A stretch of DNA of 33,893 nucleotides. It comes from Parvularia atlantis (lineage: Eukaryota). Position numbers and translations under genes: made by a program. The notes under the pieces are model-generated. The model was given only the letters and a program-made list of their open reading frames with translations, was not told where the DNA came from and made no database searches. Positions 10,333 to 20,987 of the stretch are shown piece by piece. Location of the stretch: NCBI GenBank assembly GCA_943704415.1, contig CALSCO010000277.1:1-33893 (forward strand), written 5' to 3'. Positions within the stretch are counted from its first letter, which is position 1. Each line of letters begins with the position of its first letter.

Positions 10333-11507
10333 CTACGGCAAGGAGGTGTATCGTGGCCCGCCGCACAGCAGCGCACGCCACAGCTGCAGGTTCTGGCTGG
10401 TCAGGCCGAGCACGAGGACCGTGTTGGCCGCGATGAGTGCGACGGCGACGACGTGCACGACAAAGACCGACTGCGCACTTGTGAGCGGCGCGAGCGCACT
10501 GCAGCGATGGCAGCAGCGCACCGTCTCGGTCGACGCAAACGCCCCGCCCGCGTACAGCGACAGCATCAACACGGTGATCGTCTGGGCGGCGAGCGCGCAC
10601 GTGGTCAGCAGCAGCACGCGCATGGCCGCTTGCACAGGCGCCACGCACGACGATCGACGCGATGAAGAGCATCTGGCGCGCGATCAGGTGGATCTGCTCG
10701 GCGCTCATCACGCGGCTCGCAGCGGGCGTCGTCGCCGTCGCGGTCGCACTCGACACCATCGGCGACAGCGCGCGCGAGGCATTGACCGACGACGTGCTGT
10801 CGGCCACGAGCGGGCTGCTGCTCGCGCCCAGGCCGGCGTCGCTCGCGCCTCTGCTGACGGCGCCGGCGGCCGCGCGCGCCTTGAGCGTGCGCCAGAGCCG
10901 CCACAGGTGCACGAAGAGCATGACCCAGAGCGCGAGGCCGGCCGCACCCAGCACGAGCAGCCAGCCGTTGAAGAGCGCAAACTGCAGCCAGAAGTCGTCG
11001 TACGGCACGTCGCACCTGCGCCGCAAGAGCCGTCGGCGCGACGCGAACATGATAGAACGCGCACCAGACGCCGTTATACTCAAACTTGCGCAGCGCGAGC
11101 GGCGCGGCGACGACGACGGCCGGCGCGAGTGCGGCGGTGCCCGCGAAGATGCGCACGCGCAGTACGCTGACCTCGAGCACGAGCGCGATGCGCCAGTAGA
11201 GCACGAGCGAGAAGAAGAACCAGAGCAGGACGAGGGCGAGCGCGCTCCAGAGCAGGATCGCGCCCTGGAATGCGCACAGCGCCGCCGTCGTGGCCATCGC
11301 GACCGGATCGGCCGCGCTTCCGAGCAGCAGCGCGCCGCTGAGCACCGTCGCGGCCGCGAGGAAGGTCATCGTCAGCACCGAGACGGGCGGGCGCCGCTTC
11401 TCATCAAACAGCGCAAACGTGAGCAGCAGCGCCGCGTGCGACGCCACGGCCGCCGCCGACACGCCCGTGAGCACGCGCCGGTGCGCCTCGTACGTCTCGT
11501 CCGCCAT
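10333..11507 (-). CDS. 7TM GPCR-like receptor (cAMP-receptor/Frizzled-like), 3 introns
   Basis: Seven hydrophobic segments after splicing. LCAFQG at the start of TM3 and GVWC in ECL2 give the conserved GPCR disulfide pair. Long Ser/Ala-rich ICL3. Confidence 0.75.
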
Positions 11508-11882
11508 GTGTCCGCGCGCGAGCGCTGAGAGGCGACGGCGACTCGGGGCGCGCGTGCAGCTGAAACGCAAACGATGCACGTGCGAAACACGGCCATGCTC
11601 GCTGTTGCGCTCGTCGGCCACGCACGAGCACTGATTGGACGCGTCTAGCCTCCTCTCGCGCGCCTTCTGCACCGCTTCCCCCGCCTGCGCGCCACAGACG
11701 ACGTGGCTCACTCACTGCCCCCATGCCGTCCGTGTCTCGCGATTGCGCTGCGCTTTGACGCGATTTCAGCTCGTGCGTCGTGTGAACTGAACGACACGGG
11801 GCTAACGCGTGACCTGCTGCTGCCGCTTTGTCCCCGGGTGCGTTGCTGGTTCACTCAAACAACGCCGCAGACCGGTGCGCCA

Positions 11883-13125
11883 ATGTTCAAGGGCAGCGTG
11901 CGCAAGCAGAGCGTCGACCCGGGCTTCAAGATGCCCTTCTCGGGCGCGCTCGCGTCGAGCGACAGCATGACCGCGCTCTCGCCCGACGGATTCGAGATGC
12001 CGCCGACCGACTTCTCCGACTTTGGCTCGGTCACGTCGGGCTCGGACGCGGTGCGCGCGGCGCGGCGTTGGTCACACGGCAGCAGACAGCTGACCGCAAA
12101 CAGCAGGGCACGGGCGCGACGATAACGACGACCGCGACCGGCCCCGGCACGACCGAGAAGAACGCCGAGCTGCTCGAGGCGGCGCGGCGCGGGCAGCTCA
12201 AGCCGCTGCAGGCGCTTGTCGCGGCTGGCGGCAATGTCGACCACCAGTGCGACGTCTACGGCTGGTCGCCGCTGATCCACGTGCGGGCGGCTAGCGCGCT
12301 GTCGCACCCGCTGACGACGCGGTCGCACACGGTACGGCGCGGCGCAGGCCTCGCGCGAGGGGCACGTCGACGTCGTCAAGTACCTGCTCACGGCCGGCGC
12401 CAACCCCAACCTGATCGACAAGATGGGCTGCACGGCGCTGCGTGCGTTGCCAGCGCGTGTCTGGCGCGCTGATGCGGTCTGACTTGGCCGCACCAGACCG
12501 CGCCGCCTTCCGTGGCAACTACGACGTGACGCGCGAGCTTCTCAACGGCGGCGCCGACCCGGGCGTGCTCGACTTCATGCAGCAAACGGCGCAGCAGCTC
12601 GCCGTGCAGGAAGGCCACTGGCGGCTCGCGTCGAAGCTGACGCGCGGTGCGCCGCCGCGCTCGATCGCCCGCGTCGCCGCGGGATCGCTCACGGCAAACC
12701 CGCCGGCGGCAGCCGCGGCCAAGGCGGGCAAGTCCAAGAAGACAACGGACAAGGTCTCGGGCGACGAGGTGCGCAAGCACGTGGCCGCGGTCAAGAAGCA
12801 GGAGGAGGACCAGCTCAAGGAGGCCGCGCGCGCGCGCGACCGCGAGCGCAAGTCGATGTCGATGCGCAAGAAGCCCGAGCCCACGCCCATGTTCCCGCCC
12901 TCGATGATGTCGTCCGAGAACCAGGGGACCGTCTCCAAGGCGAGCACGATCAGCAAGGCCGGCGGCAAGCCGGCGCCGACGATGGAGGATGACCCGGCGA
13001 TGACGATCAACGGCGTTGCCCGCGCCATGCCGTCGCAGTCGGGCGAGAGCAAGAGCATGCCGCGCCGGTTCAGCATGCTCAGCCTCTTCCGTCGCACGCA
13101 GGACGCCCCGTCCGCGATCGTCTGA
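11883..13125 (+). CDS. Ankyrin repeat protein with disordered termini, 3 introns
   Basis: LLEAARRGQ, YGWSPLIHASREGHVDVVKYLLTAGANPN, MGCTALHRAAFRGNYDVTRELLNGGADP. Start codon uncertain. Confidence 0.88.
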
Positions 13126-13228
13126 GAAAAAAAGTGAGGCCGCGCCGTCGCCCAACCATTGAGCCACTGAAACACCCACCCACGGTGTTCTTCCGCTTCG
13201 CTGTCATGTGTGCTTGTAGAGCAGCGCG

Positions 13229-14724
13229 TCACTTGTGGATGAGCATGAGCGTGAGCACTGTGGGCAGGTAGACGAGGCTGGCGAAGAACAGGTTGCGCGC
13301 GGTCGCGTCGGTCTGCGCGCGCCGGAACTGCCACGCGCGGTATCTGTCGCAACGCGGAGTCAGCACGGGCGCGCACGGCGAGGCTGGCCGGCCGGGCGCG
13401 CACATGAAGAAGCTGTTGACCAGCGCTGAGTCGGCCGCGAACCACAGCGTCGTCATACCGAGCGCCGGCGCGGCCACCGTCGTCGCCGCCGCGAGCAGCT
13501 GCATGCAGCACGGTCAGCACTGCGCACTGCGCACGGGCCGGCGCGCACCCAGGCGTAGCGGTACGCGACGCGCACGTTCAGCGCCGGGTCGAGCACTGAC
13601 GCCATGCGGTACCCGGCCTTGGAGTAGTCGCTGCGTACGCACACGTGGGTGAGCACGGAGCGTCGTACCCGCGCGCACCGCCGCACCCGCGCAGGTTCCA
13701 GCTGAGCGCGTTAAAGTGCGGGAACTGCCAAGCGTACAGCACAAAGCCAAGCAGCAGCGCCGACGCGTCGAGCGTATTGGCGCACGCGGCCCACCCCTGC
13801 CGGCCCCGCCGTAAGCCGTGCGACGACGAGCACATGGGCGACACGCGCACGCACCATCATCGGCGGGATCGCGCCCACGACCGCGCCCGCCCACGTGTTG
13901 GCGATCGACGTGCGCTTCATCGGCGTGTACACGGCCGTGTAGAGCAGGATGTTGGCCAGGCCGAGGCCGGCCGTGAGCGGGTTGACCGTCGCCGCCAGCA
14001 GGCCCACACCGACCACGCCCGTCGTCGCGCCAAACACCGCCCTGTGCGTGCGGCGTCAGCGTGCGCTGTTGGCACGGCATGGACGCACGCGTGCGTGGGC
14101 GACAGCGCGCGCCGCACGAGCACGCGGTTGCGCGTGCGCGCCATCTGCGCGTCGTACGGCACCTCCATCCACTGGTTGATGCTGGCGGGCGAGCGTCAGC
14201 CGTGCGGAGGGCCCCGTGCGCCGCACGCACGGCACCTGTTGGCCGACGCCGCGCACAGTGCCGTCCCGATGCTCGTGCAGCCGAGCGTGACGAGGTCGGT
14301 CGCGCCCGGCGCGAGGGCGTAGGCGCACTGCGTTTGGCGCGCCGCGGCGGTCAGCACGGCCTGCCAATCGGCGTGCTCGCGAGGCGCACCATCGTCGACA
14401 GCACGACCTGCGCTGTCAGCTTGCCCTTCGACAGCTCAAAGTACAGCCCCGGCAACTTGGCCAGGCCCGCGGCCTCGGCGGCGCGCCACCGGGCGGCGGA
14501 TGCGGGCGGTGCCGGTGAAGCCGACGGTACCGCCGCTCCTGCTGCCGCCTCGCTCTCTGCGCGCGTGTCGTTTGCATCGGCCCCCCCTGCGCGCATCGTG
14601 CGGGCGCCCGCGCACCGGTCGGCAGCGCCGCCGCGCCCGCCGCGAAGTTGGCGCGCCCCCGCACGGCCGCCGTCAGCCGTCGCACGTGGGCGATGCGGCA
14701 GCGATGCGCGATCGACACGATCAT
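13229..14724 (-). CDS. COX10: Protoheme IX farnesyltransferase, mitochondrial, 8 introns
   Basis: [91 protein letters not shown]. Arg-rich N-terminus. Confidence 0.95.
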
Positions 14725-14895
14725 CTGACAGCCGATTGTGCGTTTGAGTTCTCGGCTGCTCCGGCGCACGTCGTCCCGCCCCGTTCGCGCACGCGCCCCG
14801 TCCCGCTCAGGTGCGCGCAGAGCTCGAGCGGCCGACTCGGCGAGCACGACGAGTCCTTCGAGAGTGCTCTGAACTGCAGCGTGATGTAGTTAGCA

Positions 14896-16980
14896 ATGCT
14901 AGGCGGGATGCTGGGCACGACGTCGCATCCGGTGCCCATCGCGCGCTCGGCGTCGTCGTCGGCGTCGGGCTCGGCGTCGGCGTCCACGTCGGCGTCGGCG
15001 TCGGCGTCGTCCACGGGGCTCGCCTTCGCGGTCGGCGCGCACGCGCTCGCGTCGTCGTCGCCGCCACTGCACGGCTTCCTGAGTGCGTCGAGCACGTGCG
15101 CGAGCGCGACTGGTGTGCTGACGGAGGCGCGCGCGCGCACAGACGCCACACCGTCGCCCGTGCGCATCCCGCAGGCGCCCGCGCCCGTGCGCACGTTCGC
15201 GGCGAGCGAGCAGCGCACCAAGGCACGCCGCCGCCGCTCCTATATGGCCGCTCACCGTGCACGGCGCCCGCAGGTGCTGCTGCTCGAGAACGTCAGCCCG
15301 ACCGCCGTCGAGCTGTTCACGAAGGCCGGCTACGACATCGACTTTGTCAAGGACTCGCTGCCGGACGCGCAGCTGATCGAGCGCATCAAGGACGTGCAGG
15401 CGATCGGCATCCGCAGCAAGACGAGCCTCACCGCGAGCGTCCTGCAGCACGCCAAGAACCTGGCCGTGATCGGGTGCTTCTGCATCGGCACGAACCAGGT
15501 GCGCAAGGGGCAGTGCAGTGCTCGGTGGCTGACGCGGCGCCCAGGTCGACCTCGACCAGGCGATGAAGCAGGGCGTGCCCGTATTCAACTCGCCCTTCAG
15601 TAACAGCCGCAGCGTCGGTACGCAATGCACGCAGGCCGCACGCCTTCACGCTTGCTGACACCGGCCGCGCGCACCGCCCAGCCGAGCTCACCATCGCCGA
15701 GATCGTCGCGCTCGCGCGCCAGCTCGGCGACAAGACGCACGAGACGCGACAGCTGACCTGGAACAGCGACGGCCCCGTTGCAACCGCCTCAGCCGCGGCC
15801 GGGGCAGACAGCGCGGCATCGACCGAACCGGCACGGCACCCGCGCCTCGAAGTGCGCGGCAAGGTGCTCGGCATCATTGGCTACGGGCACATCGGCTCAC
15901 AGCTGTCGGTGCTGGCCGAGTCGATGGGCATGCGCGTGCTCTTCTACGACATCCTCCCGATCATGCCACTCGGCACGGCGCGGCCGGTCGCCACGCTTGA
16001 GGTGCGGCCGGGGTGGGCGGCGCACTGCGTGGCGATGCTGACCGGGAGCGCGCCCACAGGACCTGCTGAAGGAGGCCAACTTTGTGACGATCCACGTGCC
16101 CGCCACGCCCGAGACGACCAACATGATCCGCGAGGAGCACCTGATGATGATGCGGCGCGGCTCGTACCTGATCAACAACGCGCGCGGGACGGTGGTGCGT
16201 GGCAGACACTCTGCGCGCTCGCCCGTCGCCGTTTCACCTGACGTCGCGCCTGCAGGTCGACATTGCCGCGCTGGCCCGCGCGCTGCGCAGCGGCCACCTC
16301 GCCGGCGCCGCGGTCGACGTGTACCCGAAGGAGCCCAAGGGCAACGGGCCAGGCTTCGTGACCGAGCTGCAGAACTGCCCCAACACGATCCTCACGCCGC
16401 ACATCGGTCTGCGCTGTCGCGCTCTGTATGTCGGCGCTCACGGCTCGTGCAGGCGGCTCGACCGAGGAGGCGCAGCGAGCGATCGGCGTGGAGGTTGCGA
16501 CGGCCATCATCCGGTGCGGCATTATGTCTTTGGCCGGTGAGTCCGCTGACGGCGGCGGCGGGCGGCAGGTACCTCAACGCGGGCAGCACGACGACGGCGG
16601 TCAACTTCCCCGAGGTCGAAGTGCGCAATCTCGACCCGGCCAAGACGAGCAACAAGACCGTGCGCATCCTCAACGTGCACGAAAACGTGCCCGGCGTGCT
16701 CAAGGTGCTGCCTGCTACTCGCGCGCGCCGAGTGGGCGTCGGCTGACTACGCTCGGCGTGCAGCAACTGAACAAGCACCTGTCGGCGTGGAACATTGAGA
16801 AGCAGATCTGCGAGTCGAACGACAAGGTGCGCGCGTGCGCTGCCCACCGCTTGGCTGAGCGCGCCGCAGATCTCGTACTTCGTGGCCGACATCACGTACA
16901 AGACTGAGGCGGACTTGCAGCAGCTCCAGGAGAAGATCAGCAAAATCCCCGAGAGCATCTGCACGCGGCTGCTGTACTGA
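14896..16980 (+). CDS. SER3: D-3-phosphoglycerate dehydrogenase (SerA/SER3 type with ACT domain), 9 introns
   Basis: VLLLENV, IGIRSKT, GCFCIGTNQVDL, VFNSPFSNSRSVAEL, EVRGKVLGIIGYGHIGSQLSVLAE, LINNARG, ILTPHIGGSTEEAQ, ILNVHENVPGVLK, TRLLY*. Confidence 0.96.
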
Positions 16981-17026
16981 GTGAGGCGCACCGGCGCACT
17001 GGCACGGCGGCATTTGCAACACAAAA

Positions 17027-18460
17027 CTACACCTCACTGCGGCCCAGGTACATCATCAAGAACGCGAGCCAGCCGACCCTGTGCGGCGCGCGGTTGGCAC
17101 ACTGTCGCCGCGGTGGCACCGCAAGGCAGCGCACCCGGAGCCTTGGCTGTGGCGGCTGAAAAAGTCAAAGTCGCACGACAGCGCCAGGCCAATCAGCACT
17201 GCACGCTGCTCAATCGTCAGCGGCTCGCTCGGCGGCGGGCGCTCGGTGACTGCGCGACGTGTCGGCGGGGCTTTCCCGGCGCGGCGTGCCGCACCTTGCA
17301 CCGTGTCCGGCCCGGTCATCTCCATGCGCGGCGGGGGTATGAAGTGCAGCACGTACTCACCCGTGTCGGTGAAGATCTGCCTGGCGCGCTCAGCCCGGCG
17401 CAAGGCACCGTCGAGCACACGCACCTCACGCGCAAAGCCGACAAAGTTGCGGTCGACCACGGCGACGACCTGGCCGTGCTCGTTGCGCACCTCGAAGACC
17501 ATGCCGAGGAAGGGCGTGTCGACGGCGCCAAACTGCTGCTTGCTGCGCATGACGCGAGGTCTGCGTTGAGCGAAAACACGTAGCAGCCGCGCGCGCGACG
17601 CACTCGATGAACAGGTCGAAGCGTCGGCGCCACGGGTGCCAGCGGCGGTGCACCTCGCCGATGAGGTTGTTGTCGACGTCGAAGATCTGCGTGGTGCTGC
17701 GGGCATGCGTGGCTCGTCGGCCTGCGTGCGCGAGCAGGCGGTGCACGTCGCGCAACCTGCTGATGAGGTAGTACGGCCGCTTGACAAACAGCAGCGGGTT
17801 GCCGAACGCGTCGAGGATCGTCGCGCTGAACGCGCGGTGCAGCCCTGGCCGTGCGCGCGCGCAGCGCCGCGTCAGCCCAAAGGGAGGTGACGACGACGCG
17901 CCGGCGGCCGCACCGAGGAACTGGCGCCCGATGACGCGCCCGAGCGACGACTCCTCCGCGATGAAGCCGATGTTCTGCGTCCCGTCGTCAGCCGACCGTC
18001 GCGTCCCGCTCACGTCACGGGCCGCGCGCACACCTGGCCCGTCGCGATCTTGATCGCGTAGCGGTTGGCCTGCTCCCAGCCGAGGAAGACGTTGAGCATC
18101 TCGATCTGGCGCGCGATCACGAGCGCGGGCTGGTCCACGAGCCAGCCGTACTCGCCTTCGCCTCGTCAGTCGATCGACGTCAAGCACGTCCGTGCGCGCA
18201 CCCGTGTACTTGTAGTCGACGGGCGCGACCCAGCCGACGTCGTGCGCAGGCGGCGCCGTCGACGGAGGCGCCGGCGGAACGTTCTCGGCGGCGATCGGGG
18301 CGCGTGCGGCGGCGGGGCGGACCGGGCGGGCTGCGTTCACGCGTGAGCGGCGGGATCGGCGACGGCGGCAGTGGCGCGTACCGGCGGCCGCGCGCCGCAC
18401 CATCGTGCGCGCGGACAGGGCCGGCGAGGGCGCGCGCGCGAGGATGCGGCCCAGCAGCAT
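17027..18460 (-). CDS. Phospholipid scramblase family protein (AIM25-like, probable mitochondrial presequence), about 9 introns
   Basis: PALVIARQIEMLNVFLGWEQANRYAI, IGFIAEE, HRAFSATI, GEVHRRWHPWRRRFDLF, VDRNFVGFAREIFTDTGEY, EQRAVLIGLALSCDFDFFSRHS. Confidence 0.9.
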
Positions 18461-18485
18461 CGCTCTCAAGTAAGAAATGACACAA

Positions 18486-20662
18486 TCAATCGTCAAGCTG
18501 GAGGCCGCCGCCGCGCGCCTGCTGCGACTTGTGATACTCGCGGCGGAGCACGGCGAGGGCTGTGAGCGTGCGCGCACATCAGGCTGAAGGCGGCACAACG
18601 CAGCAGCGCACCCTGCGCCCGCCCAGGCATGCTCGTGTGCGTGAGGTTGATCAGGCGGATGACGGCGCGCACGAGCCGGTCGTCGTCGATCTCCTGCTTG
18701 GACATCTGCCCGAGGAATTCCATCATGCCCTCAAAGTCGAGGCTGAGCAGGTCGTCTGCGTGTGCGCCGTGAGCCTTGCGCACGCTCGCTGTGAGGACGC
18801 CGCACTCTGGAACATCTCGAGCACGGCCACGGCCACGAAGAAGAGCACGTCAAAGCCGTGCATCAGGAACACGTCCCAGATGCGCAGGCACGTGTGGAAC
18901 GGGAAGCCGAGGAAGATGGTCATGTACCACCGCGTCGCGTACGCGCTCGGGTGGATGTTGTGGTTCTTCTGCTCAGCCGGGGTGGCGCGGTCGTGAGTTC
19001 CCGTGCCGGCGTGCGCAAGGGGCGACGCACAAAGTGCTTGAACATCTTGGGCACGTGGAACTTGAGCATGCGCTCGTGCACGTAGAAGCCCTCCATCAGC
19101 ATCGGGAAGCCCGCGGCCCAGATGCCTGTTCGCGGTTGAGCGGCCGTGTGACACACACTGCTGGCGCGCGCACCCTTCAGCCGGAAGTTTTCGTGCGACA
19201 CCAGCTTATCCATGATCCAAAACGCCGTCTGCGCGCGTGTCAGAGAGGCAGGCCGTGCCACGGCGAGGGCGCACCTCCTCCTTGCAGTAGATGAGCAGGA
19301 ACGCGGCCACGGACGCCATGCCCTGGCAAAAGCCGACCTCGGGGTTGTAGTTGGCATACGCGCGCAGCACGTTGAACAGACGCTGCTGCCCTGCGCATCG
19401 CCGGCCGCGCGCATCAGTCAGACCCACAGCGTGCGCGCACGAAACGCGCCACCTGGCCCGTAGCGCTGCCGGTAGACGATGTGGTTGCGCAGCGTGCGGT
19501 TGATGTCGAGGTCGATCTGGTTCTCGTCGACCTCGGACGTGGGTTTGGCTAGCATGTCCTGTGCGCGCCCTCAGTCGTACACGCGGGGCATGCGAGGGAG
19601 CAGCCACACCTGGTACAGCCGCACTTGGCGCTGGTCGAGCTCGTCGGCCGCGCCGAGCGTCATCAGCAGCCACACCTTGAGCCGCCACGGGTTCGGGATG
19701 CCCTTGTACACGCGGCGGCGGAACTGCGTGCGGCCGGCCGTGAGCCCACCCGCGCGCGGGTCGACGACTGCTTACCTTCGGGTCGTTCTTGAGGTCGCCC
19801 ACCTTCACGTCCGCGCCCGAGACCATCTTGGCCCACTTGAGCGCGCGCTGGTTCTCGAGCTGCTCGGCACGGCGCCGCTCCGAACGCGACTCCTTGCCGC
19901 CCGACGCCTCGCCGGGCCTGCGTCAGCCCCGCGCGTGAGCAGCACGCGCATCAGGTGCAATCGGCGCACGCACCCGTCGCCGTCGTCGTCCAGAAAGCCG
20001 TAGCGGTCGGCGTGCGCGTACAGCGTGTTCTCGCTCTCGGGCGGCACGGGTGCGGCCTCGGTGTAGAGCGCGACGAGGCCGCGGCCGGCGCTCGCAAACT
20101 CGCCTGACCGCGCGCTGTCAAACAACAACAACAACAACAACAAAGCGTGCGTAAAGGCGCGCACCGAGGTTGCCGCCCGACGTCGAGCGCGTGACGGCGA
20201 CGGCGGGCAGCGGCGATCCGGGCAGGCGCGGCCGCCGCAGGTCCTGCCGCGTGCGTTGCGCGTGCGCGTGGGTGAGCCGTGGCCGCAAGAAGAAGGATGC
20301 AGCGCGTGCCTTGAGCGCGTTCTTGCTCGCCTCGAACTTGATCGCGTTGGCGAGCTTGGCGCGCGTGGCGTCGTCGTCGATGCCCATCTCGACCTGCGCC
20401 CGCGCGCATCACTCTCAGCCGCCCTCCCCGCCGCAACGGTGCAAGCAGCACCGACCATAAGCTCGTCGGTCAAATGCGGCAGGCACTCGCCATCGATGCC
20501 GTGCTCGCTGAACAGATCGCGCAGCCGCGCGAGCCCTGCGATCCGCCGTCAATAGTGCACCAAGCAGGCAGCAGGCAGCCACCGCGCACCCTCGTTGCCG
20601 AGCCACAGCGCCACCTCGTCCGTCGACCACAGCCGCAGCGGCTTCTTGGCCGCGAACGACAT
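18486..20662 (-). CDS. SAM domain + TBC RabGAP (USP6NL/RN-tre-like), about 13 introns
   Basis: [58 protein letters not shown] (Arg finger), [10 protein letters not shown] (Gln finger), LRIWDVFL. Confidence 0.9.
20119..20143. repeat. (AAC)n microsatellite in an intron
   Basis: caaacaacaacaacaacaacaacaa read directly. Confidence 0.85.
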
Positions 20663-20987
20663 CTGCGACGCACACACCCGCCCCACACTGCTCGACACTC
20701 GAAATGTGCCAGCTTCTGGCGTCGCGCCGGAATAAATTCGGGCCCGGCGCCACTTGTCTCTCACGGCGCGCCGCTCGTGGTGGCGCGCGCTGCGGCTCGT
20801 TGGCGCCGTCGGGAGGGCGCGGAGGGCGGTGGCGGGGAGGAGGGTGCCGCGGGGGACGACGCGTTGCTGAACGGCGCGGCGCTGACGGCGGTGCGGCGCG
20901 CGACAGGGGCCGTTCACTCTTCCCTTTCGTCAAGCGGCATCCCGCCCCTCACCACCACCCAGCGCGCCTCGTCTGCCCTCGCGAGCC

